Source of the DNA: an uncultured Bacilli bacterium
GTDB taxonomy: Bacteria; Bacillota_I; Bacilli_A; RF39; UBA660
Direction of reading: 5' to 3'
DNA length: 36,525 bases
Assembly: GCA_944332105.1 (NCBI GenBank)
Contig: CALVJI010000001.1
Coordinates: 1 to 36,525, forward strand
In this document: positions 27,758 through 36,448 of the stretch, one piece after another
Layout: each line of letters begins with the position of its first letter
Position numbering within the stretch: the stretch's first letter is position 1
Translations under genes and position numbers: made by a program
Notes under the pieces: generated by a model
What the model was told of the DNA's origin: nothing
Seen by the model: only the letters and a program-made list of their open reading frames with translations
Databases searched by the model: none

Positions 27758-28416
27758 GCATAGGTGCAATACTATGTATCCTTTTAATTTTAATTATGTT
27801 AAGCACTTTAACTTTTGAGATGACTAAAGAAGACACTTTTGAAGATTTAACCAATAAACCAAACGAACTAGATAGTTTAGTTTTTAAAAATGAAAGTGAT
27901 CTATCAGAAGAGGAAGTAAGCGAGATAGTAGAAGAAAAAAGAAATACTTTAAAAGATTTTTTTGAAAGTGCCACTTACTATAAACCAAGCGAAATAAACA
28001 GAGAATATACAAGTGCAGATGATGAAAACTATTTAGTGGTAGATGAAAGTTTCTTAAATGAATTAAATGCTCTTGTTACTACTGAGATTTATAATAGTTA
28101 TTTTGAACAATTTGTAGAAATTACGAAAGACCAAGATGTCGCGATTACAGAAAGACTCTACCGCGGTCCTAAAGACATTTTTGATGATTTATTTTATAAA
28201 AGTGCTATTGCCATGATCGACGTGAATGAAGAAAAAACACTGTTAGATCGCGCTACAAACGAGTACATAAGTGCAGTTATTAACATTAGATATTGTGATG
28301 AAGAACAACCAGATATTTGTTCCAAAAATGAATATTATGTTTTTGAACTACAAAAAGAAGAAAATGATTGGCAAGTTGCCGAATTTACTGAAGAGAAAAA
28401 ATTGAACAAAGCTTAA
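27730..28416 (+). CDS. hypothetical single-pass membrane protein overlapping the sigH 3' end
   Basis: Strong RBS AAGGAGG inside sigH, 7 nt before the ATG. An N-terminal TM segment (IGIGAILCILLILIMLSTL) is followed by an acidic extracytoplasmic domain. Confidence 0.7.
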   Translation: MARREWKKIGIGAILCILLILIMLSTLTFEMTKEDTFEDLTNKPNELDSLVFKNESDLSEEEVSEIVEEKRNTLKDFFESATYYKPSEINREYTSADDENYLVVDESFLNELNALVTTEIYNSYFEQFVEITKDQDVAITERLYRGPKDIFDDLFYKSAIAMIDVNEEKTLLDRATNEYISAVINIRYCDEEQPDICSKNEYYVFELQKEENDWQVAEFTEEKKLNKA

Positions 28417-28448
28417 GAAATTTTTCTCTTTTTTTTCTGTGCAATTTT

Positions 28449-28457
28449 TGTTATACT
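28449..28457 (+). promoter_or_regulatory. extended -10 element TGtTATACT
   Basis: The sequence tgttatact lies about 26 nt upstream of the ATG at 28483. Confidence 0.4.
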
Positions 28458-28482
28458 TTTTTTAGTAGAAAAGAGGATATGA

Positions 28483-30136
28483 ATGAAAAAAGCGTTAAAA
28501 ATAAGTATCCTCCTAACCAGTCTAATCATTCTGGGGGGGGGGTATACTGAATAAGGAAAATTCTTTCCAGAATGACAAAGAAACTTTAGCAATTTATGTA
28601 GGTGAGAGTAAAACAGATGGGATTCCTTCAAAAGAAAACTATATTTTTGAAAACGCTGTTTGCACAGTCAATGGTAAAACAGATGAGACAGTGAAAGTCC
28701 TATGGGATGAAGAAGCATGGGCACCTATCCTGTATAATTTAAAAGATCATTCAACAAAATGTACTTTATATTTTAAAGAAAGATATCAAGAAGAAATATT
28801 AAATGGAGCAGATCCGGTATTACAAAATGATTTAATACCAGTTACAATCGATAATGATGGAACCGTAAAAAAAGCAGACTTAGGAAGCAAATGGTATAGT
28901 TATACAGATAAAGAATGGGCAAATGCTGTTCTCTTGTTTGATAATACGGTTTATTATGAACCAGGAGAAACGATTTCAGAAGAAGCAATTGAATCGTACT
29001 TTGTCTGGATTCCAAAATACAGATATCAATTATGGGATTTAGGAGACTATGATGGATTAACAGCTATTGATACAACTAAAGTTCACGAAATTCCTATAAT
29101 TTTTGGAGATTATAATACGAGTGATTCTGTCAATGGTGAATGCACCACGCCAATGGAGTCTGGCTCATCTGGTAATTGTGAAATTGGTGATTATATGACG
29201 CATCCTGCATTCTTAAGTATTCCAAGTACAGGCTTTTGGGTTGGCAAATTTGAGACCGGATATAACGGTGCAACTAGTAGTAGTGAAGCTTTGAAAAATG
29301 AGAATGACGCGAGCAAAGTAATTATAAAACCGAATACGTATAGTTGGCGAGGAAGCCAAGTGGCTAATGCTTTTTACACCTCTTATAATTATAAACGAGA
29401 GTTAGATAGTCATATGATGAAAAACACAGAATGGGGAGCAGTTGCGTATTTACAACATAGCGCATATGGTTCAAGTACAAATATTAGACTAAACAATAAT
29501 TCTTCATATTTAACAGGCTATCAAGCCAATAATGAACCAACATGTGGCATAACTGGTACGAACATAGAATGTAACAAGCATTGCAACGATGAAAGTTGCA
29601 ATACACCTTATCCTAATAGTAATTTAGCAAGTACAACGGGAAATATTACAGGCATTTTTGATATGAGTGGTGGAGCTTGGGAATACATTATGGCAGCTAT
29701 TGTAAACCAAAGTGGTGAGCTAGTCAGTGGTCGTAATAGTTTGTATAACTCAGGATTTAATGGCCCATTCGGATGTCCAACTTGTGATAATAATAATTCA
29801 GGTATTACTGAGTTAACCACAGGAGTTACTTGGCCAGATAAGAAATATTATGATGTATACCAATATGGTAATAGTCCGTACGATGGCATTAGAAGAATAC
29901 TAGGCGATGCTACTAGTGAAATGGGACCATTTAATCGTACTCAATATGTTGAAGAATATATGCCTGTGATTAGTAGCTGGTATGAAGACTCGTTTTACAT
30001 GATCATAGTAAGTGAACCGTGGACAATTCGAGGAGGCAATTTTTCTTATGGGGCAAACTCTGGAATATTTTCATTTGAAAACCATTATGGAGCCGTAGCC
30101 AATTATTCATTTCGTCTTGTGCTGACTCCTGTTTAA
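28483..30136 (+). CDS. secreted FGE-sulfatase (SUMF1)-like domain protein, split by a G10 tract (frame OFF as sequenced; G9 gives an intact 550-aa protein)
   Basis: AGAGGA lies 5 nt upstream of the ATG at 28483, which encodes the signal peptide MKKALKISILLTSLIILGGG. After the G tract this frame stops at 28552. The +1 frame is open from 28526 to 30136 and carries FGE-like motifs (THPAFL..GFWVGKFE, FDMSGGAWEYIMA, WTIRGGNFSY). Confidence 0.75.
28533..28542 (+). repeat. G10 homopolymeric tract (candidate slipped-strand phase-variation switch)
   Basis: Ten consecutive G residues at the junction of the signal peptide and the mature protein. It is the only G/C run longer than 6 that I saw in the window. 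Confidence 0.9.
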
Positions 30137-30142
30137 AAACAC

Positions 30143-30171
30143 TTGCAAAACACCTTTGTTTATGCTAAATT
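30143..30171 (+). promoter_or_regulatory. sigma-A type promoter, TTGCAA-17-TAAATT, upstream of secE-nusG
   Basis: Hexamers with exact 17-nt spacing. Confidence 0.5.
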
Positions 30172-30225
30172 ATATACATAAGCACGTAGGTGTTTTTATT
30201 TTGGAAAAAAATATGAGGTGAAAAG

Positions 30226-30462
30226 ATGGCAAAAAAAGAAAAAGAAGTAAAAGAAAAAAAGATTAAAAAAGAGAAAAAAGCGAAGAAAGAAAAAAAAACA
30301 AGTTACTTTAAAGAAGTACGCATGGAAATGAAAAAAGTTACATTTCCATCAGCTAAAGAAATTGTAACGTACACTGTTGCTACTATCGTCATTGTTTGTT
30401 TCTTAATTGTCTTTTTCTTAGCAGTAACAGCATTATTATCACTTATTAGGGAGGCGTTTTAA
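30226..30462 (+). CDS. secE: preprotein translocase subunit SecE
   Basis: Lys-rich N-terminus, the FKEVRMEMKKVTFPS motif, a single C-terminal TM segment, and its position before nusG. Confidence 0.9.
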   Translation: MAKKEKEVKEKKIKKEKKAKKEKKTSYFKEVRMEMKKVTFPSAKEIVTYTVATIVIVCFLIVFFLAVTALLSLIREAF

Positions 30463-30995
30463 TGGAAAAACAATGGTATGTAGTTAATACTTATTCAGGA
30501 CATGAAGAATCAGTTAAAGAAAAATTAGAAATGCGAACAGAATCAATGGGTATGCAAGACCATATTTTCCGTGTAATCATTCCTGAAACAACTGAAATCG
30601 AAGTTAAAGATGGTGTTAAAAAAGAAAAAAAGAAAAAAATGTTCCCAGGCTACGTTTTAGTTGAAATGATTATGAGTGATGAAGCATGGTATATCGTTCG
30701 AAATACACCAGGTGTAACTGGCTTTATCGGATCAAGTGGTAAAGGTGCAAAGCCTACTCCATTACTTCCTCAAGAAATTGATCGTGTTCTAGTCAATATG
30801 GGCATGAGTAGAATGGATATTGAGTCTGAATTAGCCGAAAATGACAAAGTTTCTATTGTAGATGGACCATTTAAAGGTATGGAAGGAACAATCAGCACGA
30901 TTGATCTAGAAAATAACCGTTTAGTTGTTTTAATCGATTTATTTGGTCAAGAAACATCAGTCGAAGTTGAACCATTCCAAGTGAGCAAATTATAA
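30462..30995 (+). CDS. nusG: transcription termination/antitermination factor NusG
   Basis: WYVVNTYSGHE NGN start and a KOW motif (VSIVDGPFKGMEGTI). Confidence 0.96.
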   Translation: MEKQWYVVNTYSGHEESVKEKLEMRTESMGMQDHIFRVIIPETTEIEVKDGVKKEKKKKMFPGYVLVEMIMSDEAWYIVRNTPGVTGFIGSSGKGAKPTPLLPQEIDRVLVNMGMSRMDIESELAENDKVSIVDGPFKGMEGTISTIDLENNRLVVLIDLFGQETSVEVEPFQVSKL

Positions 30996-31001
30996 AAAAA
31001 G

Positions 31002-31032
31002 AACACTTCCAAATAATATGGAGTGTTTTTTT
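31002..31032. terminator. bidirectional terminator between nusG and the convergent lemA gene
   Basis: Stem AACACT(T)CC/GGAGTGTT flanked by A and T runs. Confidence 0.7.
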
Positions 31033-31576
31033 ATAGTTTAAAATCTTCAATATCCGTATCAGTCATATCTTTACCATCAAAGAAAGGTTTCGGTTTTATA
31101 TGATGAAATTTAGCGATTAAATTATTAGGAAATTTTCTGATATAAGCATTTAAATCACTAACATGTTTATTATAATAAGAAATACCAGCCACGATTTTCT
31201 CATCAGCCACTTTTAAATCTTGAATAATTTCAATTAAAATTTCATTTTTATTTAATTCTTTATTATCATCATATAAAGTATCCAAAATATTTTCGGCTTC
31301 CTTTAACTTTCTTTCTAAATCAAAATTACTGATCTTTTCATCCCGTAAATTACGAAACTCCTTAAAATAATCTTTTTTATTTTTCAAAGTATTTTTAATA
31401 ATCCCATCTGCTTTTAAAATTAAATCAAATTTAAGACGTAGATCTTCATCAATTTTACTTTCTACTTTTTCAATTTTAGTTTTACTAAATTGCACATGAT
31501 TATAGATCGCAATATAAAAAATGGCAATAATTCCAAAAAGAATAATAAATAACAACATAATTGTGAACATTTCCAT
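31031..31576 (-). CDS. lemA: LemA family protein
   Basis: N-terminal TM segment and a C-terminal YYNKHVSDLNAYIRKFPNNLIAKF pattern. The start MEMFT follows RBS GAGGGA. Confidence 0.8.
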   Translation of the reverse strand: MEMFTIMLLFIILFGIIAIFYIAIYNHVQFSKTKIEKVESKIDEDLRLKFDLILKADGIIKNTLKNKKDYFKEFRNLRDEKISNFDLERKLKEAENILDTLYDDNKELNKNEILIEIIQDLKVADEKIVAGISYYNKHVSDLNAYIRKFPNNLIAKFHHIKPKPFFDGKDMTDTDIEDFKL

Positions 31577-31717
31577 TACAATATCCCTCATTTTCTATTC
31601 AAATTGTATCATACTTTTAAAAACTTGAAAATAAAATCTTTACAAAGTTCGTAAAGCAAGTTAAAAGGACATGACAAATTAGTATAAATTATGGTATTTT
31701 TAAAATGGTGAAGAAGA

Positions 31718-32221
31718 GTGAAAGTAGAAAAAATAGTAGTCGGTGATTTAGCCGAGAATTGTTATGTAGTTATTAATGAACAGAAAGAAGCAATTATAAT
31801 TGATCCGGGAGATGAAGCTCAAAAGATTATAGATTTTTTAAAACCTTATCATGTAATCGAGATTTTAGTAACACATCATCATTTTGATCATGTTGGAGCC
31901 TTACAGGAACTAACAGATTTTTACCATGTAAATCCCAATACACCAAGTGGCAAATTTGCTTATCAAAAAATAGCAACCCCTGGTCACACGATGGACTCTG
32001 TTTCCTATTATTTTCCGGAACAAAAATGTGCATTTGTCGGCGACTTTATTTTTAAAGAAGCGATTGGCAGAACCGATTTAGGTGGTAATGATTTAGCCAT
32101 GCGAGAGTCACTACAAATGTTTTTAAAAGAGATTCCTTTAGAAACTACACTTTATCCAGGACATGGTCCTAAAACTACATTACAAGCGGAAAAACCATTT
32201 CTAGAAAGTTTATTAAAATAA
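31718..32221 (+). CDS. MBL-fold metallo-hydrolase (short, about 167 aa)
   Basis: THHHFDH motif plus a downstream PGHT and a C-terminal PGHG. GTG start. Confidence 0.8.
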   Translation: MKVEKIVVGDLAENCYVVINEQKEAIIIDPGDEAQKIIDFLKPYHVIEILVTHHHFDHVGALQELTDFYHVNPNTPSGKFAYQKIATPGHTMDSVSYYFPEQKCAFVGDFIFKEAIGRTDLGGNDLAMRESLQMFLKEIPLETTLYPGHGPKTTLQAEKPFLESLLK

Positions 32222-32248
32222 AAAAGAAACTTGCAAAAAAGTTTCTTA
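32221..32248 (-). terminator. hairpin terminator serving the minus-strand gerQ-like gene
   Basis: Stem AAGAAACTT/AAGTTTCTT. A U tail is present only on the minus-strand transcript. Confidence 0.55.
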
Positions 32249-32599
32249 ATCAAAAGTATCTGAATAGTCAACGTTATAGTTGATCTTTTCATCAAACTCG
32301 ACAAAATTAACATACAGCATTCTAAGCAAATACCAATTGCCCGTATTTGGATCAGACAAGATTAAATGATCACGACCACTTTCTTCAATAATTCCTTCAT
32401 AGATGCGGTCACGCCATTCATTAGAATCTGGATAAGAAGCATAGACTTTAACTTTTTTTCCTTTGTTTAATCGCAAAATATTTTCAATTAAACTTTGTTC
32501 TAAAGGTAGAGAAGTTTGACTGCTAATGTTTCCTGGTGGCGACATTGGTGTTGTTGTCGCATTAGGAAAAGTCGGCGTATTAAAAAAACTGCCATTCAT
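32246..32599 (-). CDS. gerQ: spore coat protein GerQ-like
   Basis: EQSLIENILRLNKGKKVKVY...GIIEESGRDHLILSDPNTGNWYLLRMLYVNFVEFDE matches the GerQ/YwdL pattern. GAGGTGA precedes the ATG at 32599. Confidence 0.75.
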   Translation of the reverse strand: MNGSFFNTPTFPNATTTPMSPPGNISSQTSLPLEQSLIENILRLNKGKKVKVYASYPDSNEWRDRIYEGIIEESGRDHLILSDPNTGNWYLLRMLYVNFVEFDEKINYNVDYSDTFD

Positions 32600-32678
32600 G
32601 AATTTTATCACCTCAATATATCTTATGTTTCTTGCTTTTCAAATAGAAGTTCGTTATAATTTAAAAGAGGATGATACT

Positions 32679-33572
32679 ATGGATATTGAAAAGATAAAAG
32701 AAGCTGTCATGAAAAAAGATTTTTATAAAAGATTATTTGTCATTTTATTAGGTGTTTTCTTTCTTGCTTTAACTTACAATTTATTTTTAAAACCATATAA
32801 TTTAGTAATCGGTGGAACGACAGGCCTTTCCATTGTAGTAGAACCAGTCTTTGGTTGGGATCCAACAATCTTTTTATATGTTTGTACAGCTATTTTACTC
32901 GTTTTAAGTTTGGTATTACTTGGACGCAAGAGAACGGGAATATCGATCATTGGCAGTGTGATGTATCCGGTTTTCATTACTTTAACAGAACCAATCGCAA
33001 ATTTTTTAATACCATACCTTCAATTTGATAACATGCTTTTAGTAGTGCTCGCCAGTGGCTTGCTTTATGGGCTTGGCTACGGCTTAGTTTACAAAATGGG
33101 CTTTGATACGGGTGGATCAGACATTGTCGTTCGTATTCTTAATAAATACTTACATATGCCTGAAGGAAGATGTGCTTTTTTAATTCAAAGTGTTGTCATT
33201 ATTATTGGTGGTTTTGTTTTTGGTGTCACGCAACTCATTTACGCGATTATTATTCTAATTATTTATACGAATTTAATGGATAAAATTCTAATTGGTATAT
33301 CTAATTCTAAGCTCTTTTTTGTTCATACCAAGGAACTTGAAAAAGTCAAAGACTTTATTATTAACGAATTACATACTGGTGTTTCCATTTTAGAAATGGA
33401 AGGCGGATACTCCAAAAAGAAAAGTAGCATTTTAATGTGTGTGGTTCGTAATAATGATTATTATTTATTTAAAGAAGCCATTTTAGGTGTCGATAAAGAA
33501 GCCTTTTTCGTAATCAATGACTGCTATGAAGTTCACGGTGGTGTCAAAAGACAGAATTTGCCATTTATGTAA
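32679..33572 (+). CDS. YitT family membrane protein (DUF2179), second paralogue
   Basis: Same architecture as 2655..3536, with a DTGGSDI motif. The ATG at 32679 has RBS AAGAGGA. The track start at 32526 overlaps gerQ on the opposite strand. Confidence 0.8.
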   Translation: MDIEKIKEAVMKKDFYKRLFVILLGVFFLALTYNLFLKPYNLVIGGTTGLSIVVEPVFGWDPTIFLYVCTAILLVLSLVLLGRKRTGISIIGSVMYPVFITLTEPIANFLIPYLQFDNMLLVVLASGLLYGLGYGLVYKMGFDTGGSDIVVRILNKYLHMPEGRCAFLIQSVVIIIGGFVFGVTQLIYAIIILIIYTNLMDKILIGISNSKLFFVHTKELEKVKDFIINELHTGVSILEMEGGYSKKKSSILMCVVRNNDYYLFKEAILGVDKEAFFVINDCYEVHGGVKRQNLPFM

Positions 33573-33583
33573 GGCTTTTTTTG

Positions 33584-33592
33584 TGGTATAAT
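33584..33592 (+). promoter_or_regulatory. extended -10 element TGgTATAAT upstream of ftsE
   Basis: The sequence tggtataat lies about 25 nt upstream of the ftsE start. Confidence 0.5.
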
Positions 33593-33617
33593 GAAAGAGA
33601 ATACATAGGAGGTAGTA

Positions 33618-34331
33618 ATGAAGTTAATCAAATTAGAGCATGCTTATAAGATATATAAAAATGGTACAACTGCTGTCGCTGATCTAAGTGTGTCAATTGA
33701 TAAAGGCGAATTTGTTTTCGTAATTGGTTCAACTGGATCAGGTAAATCTACATTTATTAAAATGTTGTATCGCGAAGAAAAACCTACCAAAGGAAATGTT
33801 ATTGTTGGTGGGATTAATGTCGCTCGTTTACGTAACTCAAAGGTTTATAAATTACGTCGAAAACTTGGCGTTGTTTTTCAAGATTTTAAATTGTTACCTA
33901 AATTAACAGTTTATGAAAATGTCGCATTTGCCTTAGAAACATTAGGTCTGCCAGCAAATGAAATAAGACCAAAAGTATTAAAAGCAATTGATGCCGTTGG
34001 CTTAAAAGAGAAAACACGAAATTTACCAAGTGAATTATCTGGTGGTGAACAACAACGTGTCGCGATTGCTAGAGCTATAGTAAATGATCCAAAATTATTA
34101 ATATGTGATGAACCAACTGGGAACCTAGATCCTGAAACATCTAAAGGAATCATGGCTATTTTAAATCGCATTAATAAAGAGCTGGGAACAACCATCATTA
34201 TGGCTACCCATGATAAAGAACTAGTAAATAAAATGAAAAAAAGAGTATTGATCATTGAAAATGGTGTTTTAACAAGCGACACAAAGAAAGGAAGTTATAA
34301 GGTCCATGAGAGCATTAAGAATTCTAACTAG
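33618..34331 (+). CDS. ftsE: cell division ATP-binding protein FtsE
   Basis: Walker A GSTGSGKST, ABC signature LSGGEQQR, Walker B LLICDEPT. Confidence 0.93.
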   Translation: MKLIKLEHAYKIYKNGTTAVADLSVSIDKGEFVFVIGSTGSGKSTFIKMLYREEKPTKGNVIVGGINVARLRNSKVYKLRRKLGVVFQDFKLLPKLTVYENVAFALETLGLPANEIRPKVLKAIDAVGLKEKTRNLPSELSGGEQQRVAIARAIVNDPKLLICDEPTGNLDPETSKGIMAILNRINKELGTTIIMATHDKELVNKMKKRVLIIENGVLTSDTKKGSYKVHESIKNSN

Positions 34332-35199
34332 AAGCATTCGTGATTCTTTTAAAAGTGTTTTCCGAAACATTTCCTTATCAATGGCTTCTATCGCTTGTAC
34401 AACCATTACTTTGATTTTAGTAGCTTTATCTCTTTTCTTATCTCATAATGTTCGTGAAATTACCACGACTCTAGAACATGAATTAACTATCGTAGTCTAT
34501 CTAGATCGTGAAGTAACAGATGAACAAAAAATTGAATTAGAAAATGATCTGAAAACGATGGAAAACGTCGAAAGCTATACGATGAAAAGCAAAGAAGAAT
34601 GGAAAGCAGAAATGCAACAAGAAAATGAAACTTTAGAAACCACTTTAGATTATTTAGATGAAAATCCCCTTTTAGATTCTGTAACTGTCACGGTAGATGA
34701 TGTACGCAATTTAAGTGAAACCGCTGAAAAATTAAGGGCATATGATTTTGTTACCAGTGCTGAATATGGTGAAGGTATGGTCGAAAGTATCATTGGTATT
34801 TTTGATGCAGTGAGCCTAAGTACTTTAGTAATTGTTATTGCCCTCGTATTAGTCACGGCTTTCCTAATTAGCAATACGATTAAATTAACAATCTTTTCAA
34901 GAAGAACGGAAATTGAAATCATGCGTTTAGTAGGAGCTTCCAATACAGCGATTAAATTGCCATTCGTTTTTGAAGGTTTTATTCTTGGAGTATTAGGAAG
35001 TATAATTCCGATTGCTCTAAGTATCTATGGCTATGTGTTCTTATATAATGAAACAGGTGGTTATATTTTCACAAGAATTATTACCTTAGTAGAACCATTC
35101 CCATTTGTCTTAATCGTGTCAGTAATACTACTAGTCATTGGCTCATTAGTCGGTATGTTGGGTTCATGGCGAGCAGTTAGAAAGTATTTGAAAATATGA
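34306..35199 (+). CDS. ftsX: cell division permease FtsX
   Basis: FtsX topology (one TM segment, an extracellular domain, then three TM segments) and an overlap with ftsE. Confidence 0.9.
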   Translation: MRALRILTRSIRDSFKSVFRNISLSMASIACTTITLILVALSLFLSHNVREITTTLEHELTIVVYLDREVTDEQKIELENDLKTMENVESYTMKSKEEWKAEMQQENETLETTLDYLDENPLLDSVTVTVDDVRNLSETAEKLRAYDFVTSAEYGEGMVESIIGIFDAVSLSTLVIVIALVLVTAFLISNTIKLTIFSRRTEIEIMRLVGASNTAIKLPFVFEGFILGVLGSIIPIALSIYGYVFLYNETGGYIFTRIITLVEPFPFVLIVSVILLVIGSLVGMLGSWRAVRKYLKI

Positions 35200-36437
35200 T
35201 AAATAAAATAAACAAAGCAATTGCTTTATTACTAGTTGTATCATCATTTCTTTTAGCTATTCCAACTGCCATGGCCGACACGGCAGAAACATTAGGCGAA
35301 TTAAAAGCCGAATACCAAGCTAAATTGGATGAACAAGCTAAAAATGAACAAATGACAGAAGAGGCAAAAGCCCAAATTGCTCGTAATGAAGCATTAATTG
35401 ATGATGCCGAGCAAAAAATTCATGAAGCTGAAGGTGAAATGGAAGTAGCCCAACAAAATATTGATGCTTCAAATGAAAGAATCGCGGGTTTAACAGAAGA
35501 AGCAAATAATGTTCTTTTATATTTACAACAGATGCAAAGTCAAAATGCCTATGTCGAATATGTTTCAGGGGCTACGACTATCACAGAAATGATCACGCGT
35601 ATCGCAGCAGTGGAACAAATTTCGGATCATATTCAAACAACGATGAAAAACTTAGAAGAAGAAATTAAAAAAAATGAAGAGCTAAAAGTTGAATTAGAAG
35701 AAAAGAAACAAAAACTAGAGCAACAACAAGTAGAATATCAAAATACGATTAATTCATTATATGATGATATCGCTGAATACGACAAATATGCTCTCGATAT
35801 TGATACACAAGTAGCTTCTTTAAAAGACAAATTGGATAGTGCCGAAGATATGTGTGCGAAATGGGCCCCAGAAAAAGGCGATGATGCAATTATTAATGTA
35901 GATTGCGTTGAACCAGTTTATGATGAAAATGGCAATATTATTTCTATTATAAACACAGGATGGCTAAAGCCTTTAAATTCTGGTAGAATAACGAGTGAAA
36001 TTGGTTATCGCTGGGGCAGTTACCACAATGCTCTTGATATTGGAGGTAACGCCGAAGGTACACCAGTTTATGCTGCTGCAGCTGGCGTTGTTTCTGGTAA
36101 AGTATCTCGTTATCGTTGTGGTGGTAACATGTTATACATTGATGTAAATGTAAATGGAGTTGCATACACGACTTACTATTATCATTTATTAAGCTTTGCA
36201 GTAGATATAGGTGATGTTGTAACAACCGACACTGTAATTGGATATGTAGGTGGTAGCTCAACATCAACCACTCATGGTGGCTATGATAGTTGTACTACTG
36301 GTGCACACCTTCACTTTGGTGTAGCTTTAGGCTACTATAATGGGTATTCTGTTCCAAGTAGTAATGTAATTACTCCACCTGGATTCCCAAATCAATATGG
36401 TTGGCGGTTCTATACTCGTTATCAAATGTATGGGTAG
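35196..36437 (+). CDS. secreted coiled-coil M23 family metallopeptidase (EnvC/PcsB-type partner of FtsEX)
   Basis: Signal peptide, a coiled coil of about 200 aa, and LytM motifs HNALDI (HxxxD) and GAHLHFG (HxH). Confidence 0.88.
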   Translation: MINKINKAIALLLVVSSFLLAIPTAMADTAETLGELKAEYQAKLDEQAKNEQMTEEAKAQIARNEALIDDAEQKIHEAEGEMEVAQQNIDASNERIAGLTEEANNVLLYLQQMQSQNAYVEYVSGATTITEMITRIAAVEQISDHIQTTMKNLEEEIKKNEELKVELEEKKQKLEQQQVEYQNTINSLYDDIAEYDKYALDIDTQVASLKDKLDSAEDMCAKWAPEKGDDAIINVDCVEPVYDENGNIISIINTGWLKPLNSGRITSEIGYRWGSYHNALDIGGNAEGTPVYAAAAGVVSGKVSRYRCGGNMLYIDVNVNGVAYTTYYYHLLSFAVDIGDVVTTDTVIGYVGGSSTSTTHGGYDSCTTGAHLHFGVALGYYNGYSVPSSNVITPPGFPNQYGWRFYTRYQMYG

Positions 36438-36448
36438 ATCAAAAAAGA

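Noticed and set aside
28413-28631. A 72-aa minus-strand ORF spanning the G10 tract region.
   Set aside because: It has no RBS. It overlaps the promoter, RBS and signal peptide of the plus-strand gene, and the plus-strand reading explains the region far better.
30288-30298. An A9 run in the secE 5' region, and other A/T homopolymers, considered as possible slippage switches.
   Set aside because: A and T runs of 7 to 9 nt are common throughout this AT-rich window and simply encode Lys-rich segments. Only the G10 tract stands out against the background composition.
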